This document shows, in pieces, positions 49,401 through 61,975 of a stretch of DNA of 64,000 nt (positions within the stretch are counted from its first letter, which is position 1; each line of letters starts with the position of its first letter). The stretch lies in NCBI GenBank assembly GCA_036785375.1, contig JAWMAR010000034.1, positions 682,001-746,000 of the forward strand, written 5' to 3'. This DNA comes from Leucoraja ocellata. Taxonomy: Eukaryota. Made by a program: the position numbers and the translations under genes. The notes beneath the pieces were generated by a model, which ran no database searches, was not told the origin of the DNA, and saw nothing but the letters and a program-made list of their open reading frames with translations.

Positions 49401-52400
49401 TGTCGATTACAATATAAGCAGGATTGTGGACTAGTACATGGCTGGAATGACGTGCAGACGCATTCTTGGGTTAGTACAGGGTGTTAATAGCTGGGTAAGA
49501 GTGAGATCTATTATTCCCCTCAGCTGGGAAATGTTACAAAGCACAAGGGGTTGGATGCAGAGAAACAACGTCTATTCACTTTAGCCTGCAGCACTGGTTG
49601 AAGTTAAAAAGAGAACATAGGTTTGGAACTACCCAAGCATAAGATGTTGGCCCATCAACATTTCTAGCAACCGCACACGCTCTTCAATTATTTCAAGTTT
49701 AATGTTCGAAAAATACTCTTTTCTAAATCTTTTCATTTCCTTAAATCCCTGAAGTATGGTAATCATTTGTTCCCTCCTCTTCATGTTTCCTCATCAGAGG
49801 GAGACATTTCTCTTGAGAGGTGAACAAGTGATTGGAACCGAGATGGTTACCACAACTAACCACAAATGTTTATCTAATTTTATTTACTTCATGCCATAGA
49901 AATGCATTCCCCGTTTCTAAAATGGTCTGGTGGAATATCTCCTAGCTTCCCTTTTTACTCTCCTGGGGATAATTTTAAATGGATAACAGCGTGTCAAATA
50001 TTTCATCCATTTAGAATTGTTCAATGTCAGAATTCTTCATGTTGTTAAAAGTCCTTTATTAAATTGGCACACTTCTGCTGCAGAGGGAATGCCACAAATC
50101 TATTAATTTTATCATATAATCACTATTATCCAAACAAACTCTTGCTCCCTTTGACGTTAAATAATAGAGCTGAATACTCTATTAAACTGCTACAAGTGTA
50201 TGGTGTAAAACACACTGACTGGTTGCATCATGGCCTGGTTCTGAAATTTGAAAGTTCAAGAATGAAGGAAGCTACAGAAAGGGATAGACATTACCCATTC
50301 CATCATGGGTACTGAATTCCCCACCAATGAAGTGCAACCTCAAGAAGGAAGCCAATATCATCAAAGATCCACACCATCCAGGCCCATTCACTTCTTGTTG
50401 CTACCAGCAAGGTGGTGGTACAAAAGCCAGACAATCATTCCCTGCAGCTTCAAGAACAGCTTCTTTCCATCAACCATCAGGTTATTTATTGAACCACCCT
50501 GCACAATTCTAATCATAACCCCACTGAACCACTATGGATTTTACATTGCTAAGGCAGCTCTATGTACTTTTGCTATTACGCAATCATGGTCTAGTTTACT
50601 TAGAATAACTGATAATTTATTGTATATCTATTGCTGTTGGTGCTGCTGTTTCTAATGTGCATATAAATCCGCAACAAGTAAGAATTTCATTGTTCCATTT
50701 TATATCCAGTGCATAAGAGAAATAAACACTTAACACATGTGATTTTGGACAATATTTACAGTAACCTAACCTATGTTTTGCACAAGTTTATCACATGTTT
50801 GCACTCTATGATTCCATCTTTACGTTTTGTTTATTGACCGATATAATCAACTTGCAATCACCCATGAGAATTCTAGAGAGATATATAGAATAAAAGGAAA
50901 GATAAAAGCATGAAGTAATGAGAAAGCAAAAGATAGTAAAGAAAATGAAAGAGGTAATGTGGAGAGAAAGTGAAAAACAAATAACAGGAAAAGATTAAAA
51001 AAACAGATAAAATTGGTCTCAGCATTAACCCTAGTGTTCTTTCACTTACAGTCTTTAATGTTATTTAAAAAAATAATAGTTAATGTTAGCAAAGCAGGTT
51101 AATTTTTGGGGTTGGGGACAAATTAACTCTCATATTATTGAGCCAACAAGTCAGGAAATCCTACACTCTCTTCCCAATCTATGTTGTATAAACTGCGGAA
51201 GGATTAATGAAGCTCAGCATCACTGGGCTACGTGAGCCATGGACTCTGATCTTGAGTCTATATACTTAATACAACGTGCAGGTACTTAAACAAAATATTA
51301 AGTGAAGTAACAGGCTCCATGTTGATGCCTCCACAGTTGTTGATACCTTGCTTATGCTTGTGGCAGAATTATAGAGACCTTTAGAATCAGCATTTTCAGG
51401 GGGAAAAAAAAGTTCCAAATGAATGTGTAACACTGCAACTGCTAGGAGATCCCTCAAGCTGCATCGATACCTGCTAAGTGCTCGGCTGCTCGCTCCCTTT
51501 TCCTCCGGTCCTCTTTCTCTTTCCTTAATGTATCTGTCGATACCAGACCAGCCTTATCCCCAGATAGCATCTCATTCCCTTGTGACTGAAACACAAGATT
51601 TTGTAAGTTCATCTGTTTTTTATGTTAGTAACTTAAAGACAGCACGATTAAGAACCACCAATGGCCACATTCAACAGATAAATGATGTTTTAAAGGCCAA
51701 ATGTTCCTCTTTCCACCCTCTGCCATTAGTTGTCAGCTGTAAATGGTTTGTTTGAGATATTACACGTTTTGGATGAATATGAAATTAATTAAATTACGAG
51801 AAGAAATGTCTACCGTGACAATTTCAAAAATGAGTGGCATTCCTTCTTAAACTCCTTTGGAGTTTTCTGTAATCTCATAAAGATTCTTTATGGCCATTCA
51901 GCCTGACTGGTCTATGCTGGTGCTTACATTCCATACTGGCCCTTATTATTCAACACACAATGTCATTATTAAGTCTTCCATTCCTTTTTCATGTGATTAT
52001 CCAGCCTCCCATTATATTATTCATGGTATCTTCCAATGAGGAGGAACTTCCTTAACCAGAAGATGGTGGATCTTTGGAATTCATTGCCACAGATGGCTGT
52101 AGAGCCTAAGACACTTGATTAGTAAGGACGTCACAGGTTACCGTGAGAAGGCAGGAAAATGGGGTTGAAAGGGAAAAATAGATCAGCCACGATCGAATGC
52201 AGGAATAGACTTGATGAGCCAAATGGCCTAATTCTGCTCCTATGTTTTAGGGTCTATAGGTCCTCCTAGTGGTTGTGAATGGTACTTTCAGCATAAAGAA
52301 GTTTCCTCTGAATTCTCAATCTGATTTATGTAACAGGTATCGAATCAAGTGGAAATATTCAACTGCACATATAATTTACAAACCAGGGTTGTTGAAAATG

Positions 52401-55400
52401 TGGCCCATGGCAACTCTTGGATTGAACCCCGAAAAGGCCACCACTGTGAATGATATTATCAAGTACCACTGCAGAGTTGTGGACAACTTGTACAAGGGAG
52501 AGGTGTTGTTGTGGTGGCATGTTGGAGAGAAAATCATTGCTGGAGCAGGTGTTGGTGAAGTGGGGGCTTCTGCGAGACGATTGCTGGAAACAGGATTGCA
52601 GAGGAACGATGATGGTTGAAGGGAATGTGAGAATGTGGAAAGATATGGATGATGAGAAATTGATGGAAATGGTGGAGTTTGTGATCAGGAGGATAAATTG
52701 GAGGGAGTTATCCATTACAATGTAAAACTAAAGGAGGTACTAATTTGGCGATTCATGACATGGACTCTTTGGTAGCAAGCAAAGAAAGGGTGAAAATCTT
52801 TAGCTTTTGTTCAAGCAGGCCTCAACCTTCCTATTTGGACATGCTTTGGGCCTTCCATGCACGGCCTTCCACGTAGTTTTGTAGAAGTACAAAAAAAAGT
52901 ATAGGACTTCGGCTGACCTGAAAACGACCAAATGTTGATCACGCTCGTTATACACTCTTCCATAATGTAAGATTTATGAGAGTACAAACCTGTCTTCGCT
53001 TTCCAAAGAAAACAGCTTTCTTTCTTTCACTTCACTATCCTGATTGTTTCCCAAAACGCTCTCCAACAAAAATCTGTTGATTGTGGGTTTTTTATATGTA
53101 TATGTGCATATGTCTGTGTTTGTGTGTCTGTGTCAATAATATGTGTGTGTGGGGAGATCCAAACATTTACAAATCCAAGAGAAAAATTCCTTCTCAGCTG
53201 TCTTAACTTGGAGACTCGTTATTCCAAAACCTCTAGTTCTAGGGAAACATTGCCTCAGCATCTACCCTATCAAATATTTTTCAAAATGTTGTCTTACTAA
53301 GATTATCCCTCATTCTTCCAAACACACAGGTATTCATCGAACGCGTTCAACCTTTCCTCAGCAAACAATTCAACTTCTAGAATCAACCTCATGAGCATAA
53401 TTTCAATTTCCTCCAGACATGATATAGATCCTTAAGAAAATCAAAACGGTAGATTGAGCTCCAATGCAGTGTAGCATTGCAACTGTAGCCTTCCCGACAA
53501 CACTATTCCTTTAGGAGAGAAATGTGAAAGAAACATATATTCCAAAAGTTTCACCACCAGACCTTGGCCCTTAGGTTCCTGATTATACATCAGCCGGATC
53601 AAAATAAGGCGAATGGAAACCATGTCAGTAAATCCAATATAGAGAACAGCATTTACAAAAACAAGGGGACGTTGGGGCAGAGGGGAAGGGGAATATTTGA
53701 TGGATTCCTATCCTGGTGTACCTTGCCATCTACATTCCTGTTCAATTAACTGCACAGGGCAATATCAACATGACTTACAAGAACATGTTTTAGAAGGGAA
53801 AGAAATCCAATTCAATACTGCCAAGCTCCAAACCAGTTATCTACAAAGTCTCCTTTCTAGACCATATTTAATCATCCCAAAGTGCTCCAAAGCAGCAAAC
53901 AATATTGGGAGGATCTCACATAGGAATGTCAACACTGACATGACCTGCCTACTGCTCTGCAAGCTGTTACTACATCAAACCAGTAGATCAGCACTTGGTC
54001 CTACCTTTCTGCTCGGACTTGAGTCTCGACTGACAACTTGTCCCCTTGAGGAAGCATGTTTATGAGTACGTTGCCTCTGCTGAGTAGGCGATGGACATGA
54101 GGTTTGGATCTCCACCTTCCTGCGTGGTGGCGACAGGTCCGAGTCAGAAGAATGCTGACCTCCCTTTCGTGGGGGTGAAAGGTCAGCATCAGAATCCTTT
54201 GCTTTCCGTGGAGATCCTCTTGCTCTTCTGTCCTTGTCTCTCTTTGGGGACAATGCTAGGTAAGAAAGATTTTCACAATCAAAAATCAGTATTTTGAAAT
54301 ATATAATTCAGCAAAACCAGGCACAAACCAGCAACGTCTAGACCTTAAGATGGAAGCCTCAGCCACCCAGGAGAAGGAGCCGGTAGTTCATTAACTATTT
54401 TGATGACTTTACATTCAACTTGCATTAAACTTTGCCTTCTTATAATTATTTGTTCGAACTGTGTAGTGCGAGTTTATACTGCATCTAATATGTGCTGCAT
54501 CTTTCTTAGCATTACTTGGGTAGATAGCAAATGTTAAAAGTGGGAATTCGGTTGCAGTTTTTTCAATCCAATCTCCTGCTTTCTCTGGGAATTATACTTT
54601 ATGGGTTGGAGATAAGTTAGTCAAAACAGTGTTTTGCATTTCCAGATGATGAAAGATTTGAGGAATCATGTATTTTTTCTGCTAGGGAAAATGTCAGGGA
54701 GATAATACCTACTCTTTCCATGTGACAAGTCTGATGATCTGATTGATTTTTCAGAGTTTTTCTTCCTTGGAGGTGAAAGGTCAGGAGAATCATGACGTAG
54801 TTTCCTTGGAGGTGAAAGGTCAGGCGAATCGTGGCGTCCCTTCCGAAGAGGTGAAAGGTCAGGAGAATCATGCCGCTCTCTCCGAGATGGTGAAAGGTCA
54901 GGAGAATCGTTCCACCTGTCTGGAACAGGTGAAACATCTGATGAATCATGGCGTTGTCTTCTGGCCTCTGACTGGTCAGGTGAAACTGCTCCCACTTTTT
55001 TCTTAGAAAGCTGAGAACCACAATTCATCCCTTTTCCCGGTAGAGAATCAAAACCTGGTAATGAACTAAAAGAAAAACACACATTCGTGTATCAAAAATA
55101 CAGGTTCTTGGTTCAACAACAATGTCAGAACTTTTACTCACTACTTTAATTATCTACACGATACTTTCTATTAGAGTTTGGCTGTAAAGCAAGTGTACAG
55201 GGTGTAAAGGCATTATGTCTCTATCCACTGCATTGCACGTGATATGTTTGCTTCTATTCCATCATTAGAAGTCTTGCCTTCAAATATCCAAAGCCTAAGC
55301 AAAAATTCTCTCTGCAATCAATTTTAGTTCTCCCTCTCCTTCAGAAAGATTATTGAAACCTAATTATTTTATCAAGGATTTAATCATCCACCCTATCATT

Positions 55401-58400
55401 TCTTTATCATGGTTTTATAAAGCTCCTGTGAACCATCTTGGGTTGTCTGGTGTTGTGAAAATGCAAGTTGGTAGGCTCATAAAACCCCAATCTATTGTAA
55501 ACAGGCCCAAAGAAGGGCAATGAATGAAGAACTGGGATATCCCATTTGAAGAATCAGCAAATTACTATAAATGCCTGCTGCACCGAAATAGACCATCCCA
55601 CTGCTAATGGTATTTACGCTCCAACTCTTTTCCTACCATCAGCTTTACCGCACATTCTTCAGCTTATTTCTCCCAAGTGTGTATATCGAGCTTCCTCTGA
55701 AAATAATTTACTCTATGTACCTCTTTGCTGACTCTTCTGATTTATTTTGAATATTTTAGCATTCATCTTATTTTTCATGACCTTTAGTCATGGATTTCCT
55801 CTTCCAATATTTCCCATTATTTATGATATCTAATGCCTCCAAAATTGGAGGTTTTCTTATAGGAATTAAATCAAGTATTAGATATATCAATAATAGACAA
55901 AAGAGCAACGTCCAGCAATTCAGACTTACGTGCCAGTTTGTGTTTGTAAAAACAGGTCTGAGCCCTGTGAGTCTGCATTTTCATCTAAAAGAAAACACAA
56001 AAGCATTAATTGCCCTTATAGCAGGCTTGTGCTTCCCTAATACTTCTTATTAATGGAGAAACAAGAGTCTGCAGATGCTGGAATCTAGGGTAAATCACAA
56101 ACTGCTGTAGGGTCAGGCAGAATCTGTCGAGGGAAATAGCCAGATGGCATTTTGGATGAAGACGCTTTTTCAGTTGAAGGGCCCAACATGAAAAGCCATC
56201 AATCCATTTCCCACCATGGATACTGCCTGGCCTGCTGAGTTCCACAGCAGTTTGGTTATTACTTCCTTTTAATGGTATTTTATATATTGATAAAGGTTAA
56301 CTATCAGTGTCTCTATTTGTCAATTTTCTTGAACTGAGGGGTGTGTGTTGCGGGGAGGGCAAGGAAATCACTAGAATTCGCCTGGCAATTTAAACATATG
56401 TGGCACTGAATTCAAATTCACCTTAACCTAAATGTGAGTATTTAATAAAGTCTCCAATTACCTGGTTCAATCCTTTAGGACAAGAGAGTGGCCATCAAAC
56501 CAGGTCTATTTGTGATCAGGACTCCAAAGTAACATATTTGATTCTGAATGTATCTTTGAAGTAGCCCAACACACTATTTGGTTCAAGATGGCCCATTAAT
56601 ACTTTGGTACCCGGCAGATTCTGACCATGGCAGCAATGTTGACATTTCAATAATGCATTCAAAAGGGACAGTGTTGCTTTTGACAAGATTTCAAAATCCA
56701 CCATGACACTGATATACAATAATTCATAAAAGTTGACATCATGATTTTACCACATACCGCCTAAAACTTTCCACTTGCTGGATCGAAATTCTTCCATTTG
56801 CTGAATAATTACAGGTCTCTCATCAATTAATTCTGCAATCTAAGAAAGAAGGCTTGGAATGAACATGAAATACAATATAACATTGACTTTCAGTGACATA
56901 ATGCCTTTAATGTAGTAAAATGTTCCAAAACATTTTACAGGAACGTCACGAAAATATCTGGCACCAAGCTGAAAAAAAATTAGGAAAGATGGGGAAAGAC
57001 TTTGCTTAACGAGGTAAGTGTTAATGATTTTTTTTTAGGAGAAGGGTAGAAAGGTTTAGAAAAGAAATGCCAGACCCTACAGACTATCTGATGAGAGCAC
57101 AGCTGGAAGTACAAGATTTACATGAGAAAAGAACTTGAGGAATCAAAAATGAGCTGATACAAGTTAACAAAGTGGTAACGGGCAAATGGGTGGAAATTAG
57201 AATGAATGTAACAGCATTTTGAATCAGTTCAAGTTCATGGAGGGCACAAAGTTGTCCAGGAAAATATAGAATTGATGAATCTGAAGGTTAAAAAAGTATC
57301 AATTTCTGAAGTTTAAAAAAGAATCAATGAGAATTTCAGCAGTAGATGGGTTGAGGCACAGTAGAAACAAGCAATTATGCAAAGGTGAAATTAGTTGTTA
57401 TATCAGATGTTATGTAAGCTCCCTATACAAAAAAAAAGTCTTGCTCCATCCCTCTCATCTGAGTCTGATGGACTTGCAAGAACTGGCATTGCAATGGCAA
57501 TCAGACGTTGGGAGATATAGTGTCTTTGAGTAGCAACGTTACAATCCCCGCAATCAGTGGCGCTCTAGATCTGCCCACTGCCTGTGCGTGCAACTCGATA
57601 GGCTGTGGGTAAAATGCAGGTTGTCAGGGAGGGATTTCCTCATACGACAAGCTTATGATGTGGAGGAAATCTCATTCTGTCATCCCGTTCGTGTTTTTTT
57701 TCAAAATGTTGCTGGTCTATTGGATTGCTGGATTTGAAAGTCGGGCTCAACTTCAACTTCAACCAAAAGGTATATAGGCGTTTATTTAGCATTTTATCTA
57801 GTTTTTGGTGTGATTTCATTTAGATCTGATGATGCAAAGTAAGTTATTTTGGCCTCGATATCTGTATGTACTGTGGACGTTTTTAGTCAGGTATTCGTAT
57901 GAAAATATTCATCATGGATAGACAATTACACAAAATACGGATAATTAAGATGTTATGACATGATTGTGCAAAAAATAATTTTGATTATCTTGGGAGTGGA
58001 TGTTTGAGGATTTTGAACACATGTCTGTGTAAACAGCCCTTGCTCTCGATCACAGCTTTTGTGTTAAGTTAATGGAAAAACAATAGGGAACAAGATGCTA
58101 ATTTCCGAGTATGAAAATGACAATACTTTTTTATTACTGGAGATATGAAAGTTAATTGGGTATCAAATTAAAGGTTTTTGATGCTTTACTTGATGGGACA
58201 AAATTACAGGCTTGATTTTTAACCTCAAAATTTTGTGACATCCCTACTTTGAGAAGCATCAGGTCAAAGCTAACATGTACTGGGGCATAAATCATTGCTA
58301 CGTTATCATGAATAGCTGCTAGATCAATCAGCACACTTTCTCTTCTGTTGTCAAGTTCATGGCAAATATAAAATGTGCTCCACTTTAGCTAGGACTCAAG

Positions 58401-60938
58401 GAGTATGCTCAGAAAAATGTGCCACGTCATAACAAAGGCAGGATAATTCACAAACTCAAGGGATTTCCTAACATAAAGAGAAATTAGCTTTAAAGGGAAT
58501 CATACCAGGACCATCCAAAAGTCCTTTGCAGCTTTCTCATGTGCAAAGCTGACAAATACTAAGGGAATGGATTGTTCATCTGTCCTCTTCCCAAGAGATT
58601 GATATCAGGAGGAGTGGATAAAGCAGAGATGGAGTGGGCATAGAGGATCATTTTTGCCTCAAGAAGCCATGGTTATCAGTTGAAACAATTCCAGGAAAGT
58701 ACAAAAGCACAACATAAATATTATTGTGTTGAATTTGCTCCAACACATCTCAGGTAATTTTTTATACATCATCCCAATTCACTGAAATAAAACAATCCTT
58801 CTCTTGCCTTTCGTCATTTTGCTCTCAACCATACAAGAAATTACAGGGAGTTGCGGATGTAACCCAGACCATCACGCACACCAACCTCCCTTCCATGGAT
58901 TCCATCTACACATCACGCTTCGACAAGTCCAGCAGCATAACCAAGGACCAGCCTCACCCTGTCACTCCCCTCTCCAATCAGGCAAGAGGTACAGAACTTT
59001 GAAAATGCATACATCCAGATTCAGGGACAGTTTCTTCCAAGCTATTATGAGGCAACTGAACAGTCCTCTCACCAGCTAGAGTGTGGTCCTGACCTCCCAT
59101 CTACCTCATTGGGGACCTTTCAACTATCCTTAATCAGACTTTATCTTGAACTAAATGTTATACCCTTTATCCCGATCTGTACACTGTGAACGGCTTGATT
59201 GTAATTGTGTATAGGTATTTTAATTGACTGGATAGCACGCAACAAAAACCTTTTAAATGTATCTTGGATCACGTGACAATAATAAAGTAAAAAAAAAAAC
59301 TAACTTTTGATGAGGATACTTTGGAAAGACATTGGTAGAGAAAAATAATATATTTTGGAATTGGTCAAATGGATGCAGCACATGTTTCAATACTATGCTT
59401 CCTGCACCATTCAGTTAGCAGCAATCTTTCAGACTACTATTAAAAATACTATTTGAGTTGCCATGTTATGATGTGCCAAGTAAGCCTTAAGGCAGAAAGC
59501 AATTTCTAGGAGTAAATGTATCTGCCTATACATACCACAGGAGCTTCATCATCATCATCACCAGACTCCACCTCCAATGTATTTTCGTCTGTCGCAAGGC
59601 TCTTCCAAGTCACATCATCATCCACAATCCGCATTCTGTGTAATGATAACAAGGTGAGATTTTCAGCTTATTGTGAGCTTATGTCAGAACCACATCATAC
59701 AAATGTTTAGTAAGAAAAATCTTTAAATAGCGAAATAAAAATCGACCTATTACTACGCTTTCTTCCCCCATGCCACAATCTGTCTGAAGAAGGTCCCCGT
59801 CCTGAAAATGTTGCCTATCCATTCTCTCCGCAGATACTGCCTGACTCACTGAATTACTCAAGCACTCCAGTGTTTTGCTCAAGATTCTAGCATCTGAAGT
59901 TCCTTGTATACTCTAAAGTTTAAGTCCTTAAACAGTGAGGGACAGAGTCCTGGGTAACAGTCCTTCAAACACTTGAAGGGTATATTGTTCAAAGAGGCCA
60001 GACGAATGGCATTAGACAAAAATGCTGGAGAAACTCAGCGGGTGCTGCCTCACCTGCTGAGTTTCTCCAGCATTCTTGTCTACCTTTGATTTTTCCAGCT
60101 CCTGCAGTTCTTTCTGAAACAAATGAATGGCATTGGTGATTTGTAAATAGTATGACGTGCTGATTATAACCATATAACAATTACAGCACGGAAACAGGCC
60201 ATCTCGGTCCTTCTAGTCCGCGCCGAACACGTATTCTCCCCTAGTACCATCTACCTGCACTCAGACCATAACCCTCCATTCCTTTCCCGTCCATATAACT
60301 ATCCAATTTATTTTTAAATGATAAAAACGAACCTGCCTCCACCACCTTCACTTGTAGCTCATTCCACACTGCTACCACTCTCTGAGTAAAGTAACTGTGT
60401 GGAATTGCACGGTATTTCTTGTATATATTTTAATGAGGGAAGTGTGTAGGAAGGAACTGCAGATGCTGGTTCAAACCAGATAGACACAAAAAGCGGGAGT
60501 AACTCAGTGGGACAGGCAGCATCTCTGGAGAGAAGTAATGGGTGACGTTTCGGGTTTGGGTCGAGACCCTTCTTCTTCAGAGTTTGTTTTTGAAATAGAA
60601 CAACTGCACACGAGGGCAAATCCTGGGCTGAATTGCGTCCAGTATAAGGGTTACCGTTCACGACATAGGAGCTACGTTTATAGTGAAGAGTTATAACTGC
60701 CTCTCCCCCAGTACTGCGCCTAAACATGGGCCGTTGCTGACACCATTAACCGGTCGCAGCCGCGGGCCTCGGCAACTGAAAGGAGGAAGGGGGGGGCAGC
60801 GCTGCGTTCTCACCCCCCGGCTTTGATCTTCGCTTTTCTCTTTTTCCTCCCGGCCGGAAGCTCCCTGTCCCCCCGTTTCCCGGACTCGGAGCTGCTGAGG
60901 TACCGCTTCAAATACTCCTCTCTGCTGAGCGCCGCCAT
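46432..60938 (-). CDS. BUD13: BUD13 homolog (RES complex splicing factor), about 504 aa, 10 exons
   Basis: Exons: 60814-60938 ([15 protein letters not shown]), 59536-59635 ([10 protein letters not shown]), 56758-56839 (IAELIDERP), 54713-55054 ([11 protein letters not shown] repeats), 54005-54255, 51471-51585 (LSGDKAGLV), 49141-49279 (TVFRDKLG...QWGKG), 48406-48590 ([13 protein letters not shown]...GDPMA), 48181-48262 ([19 protein letters not shown]), 46432-46525 (SNGFE...YKWSVEDM*). All GT-AG and phase-consistent. Confidence 0.97.
46765..47180 (+). mobile_element. CR1 LINE 3' fragment in a BUD13 intron
   Basis: Same sequence family as 3723-4065. Confidence 0.85.
50200..50730 (+). mobile_element. 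Rex1/L2-type LINE 3' remnant
   Basis: Encodes [10 protein letters not shown] and [12 protein letters not shown] in shifted frames. Confidence 0.7.
54770..54952 (-). repeat. 30-bp coding tandem repeat ([10 protein letters not shown]) in BUD13 exon 4
   Basis: Units of GGTGAAAGGTCAGG(A/C)GAATC on + recur at 30-bp period, about 5 copies. Confidence 0.9.
57530..58248. mobile_element. Probable DNA transposon remnant (Kolobok-like end)
   Basis: Distinct non-coding block ending GTGACATCCCTACT-TTGA, which resembles a TTAA-flanked Kolobok terminus. The partner TIR is not seen, and the family call is from memory. Confidence 0.3.
58835..59290 (+). mobile_element. Rex1/L2-type LINE 3' remnant
   Basis: Encodes [31 protein letters not shown]; ends GTGACAATAATAAA. 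Confidence 0.75.
60014..60124 (+). mobile_element. Penelope-like fold-back element, centre deleted
   Basis: Short inverted arms plus tail. TSD GAATGGCATT at 60004-60013 and 60125-60134. Confidence 0.72.
60443..60582 (-). mobile_element. Penelope-like arm with hammerhead-type core
   Basis: Minus strand reads CTGAAGA-AGA-AGGGTCTCGACCC-(AAACCC)-GAAA-CGTC-ACC, followed by the family arm and tail. Confidence 0.7.
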
Positions 60939-61075
60939 GATAATCCCAACCACCACCGCGCCCGTCACCTAAGCAACGTTGGCGTCATGACGTCTTCGCA
61001 ACGCCATCTTGGTCAAGGAGAGAGCCATCATCATCTCCATATAAAAGGCACCTTCGCCATCTTAGTGAAGGAGAC
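60939..61075 (-). promoter_or_regulatory. BUD13 CpG-rich promoter / 5' UTR
   Basis: CpG cluster at about 60740-61060, a TGACGTC CRE-like site near 60988, and two CGCCATCTT (YY1 AAGATGGCG) motifs near 61002 and 61055. Confidence 0.65.
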
Positions 61076-61679
61076 ATTGGAATTTCTCATGGTTCTGGAG
61101 TTTTACATGATCTGGTTTTATCTTTTGGCCACTATGACAAAATAACAATCACAATGACCGTGAATAATTTCATCAGTGTGTTTTATTCCTTTTATTTCAG
61201 AATTAAAGTAGTTTACCGTTTCACTTTCTACGTAGATTGGATAACCACTTTGCAGAACCCCTTCATTCTTGTAAATTTTATTAACGTGGGAGTTTCCAAG
61301 TTGTATCTCTAAACTAAACTTCTGTCCACACCTTAACAGACATTCCCTGCCCTCTCCACAACTTAAAACGCGTTTTCTCACTTTTCTCAGAACTTCACAA
61401 AAAAAGTGAATCGGTTTCTCTCACCATAGATACTGCTTGACCATAGTGCTTCCAGCATTGTTTTTGTTTTAAATTTTCAGAATCAGCATAATTAATGAAT
61501 AACCACAACTCTCACTTGAGGAAATTTGTTGTGTATAAATTGAGAATGCATAAGACACCAATTACAAGGTTTTTTTTTTAAAACACCAATCAGAAAGTCA
61601 ACAGAAAGAATTCAAAAGTGTGAAGAATCCATGGATACAATCAGGAAGTTTGATCAGTTAGCATCTTTGTTTCGATAGC

Positions 61680-61975
61680 ATGGAAAAAGGCACTTTGGCC
61701 CACGGAATACATGCTGACCATCGATCACCCATTCACACTAAGTCTGTTATTCCACTTTCTCATCCACTTGCTACACTCACGAGGGGTAATTTACCGTGGC
61801 CAATTAAACTACAAACCCGCATGTCTTTGGGATGTGGGAGGAATCTGGAGCACCCAGAGGAAACCCACGCTGTCACACGGAGACTATGCAAACTCCACAC
61901 AGACAGAGCATCCCAGATCAGGATCTAACCCGAGTTGTGAGGAAGCAGCTCTACCAGCTGCACCATTGTGCTGCC
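61680..61975 (-). mobile_element. tRNA-derived SINE
   Basis: Reverse complement of the SINE family at 433-738. Confidence 0.75.

Noticed and set aside
52990-53040. Possible extra BUD13 exon ([16 protein letters not shown])
   Set aside because: It would end in phase 2 and break the frame. Exons 5 and 6 already join in phase 0.
54770-54952. 30-bp periodic repeats as a CRISPR-like array
   Set aside because: In-frame coding repeats of BUD13 in a eukaryotic gene, with no unique spacers.
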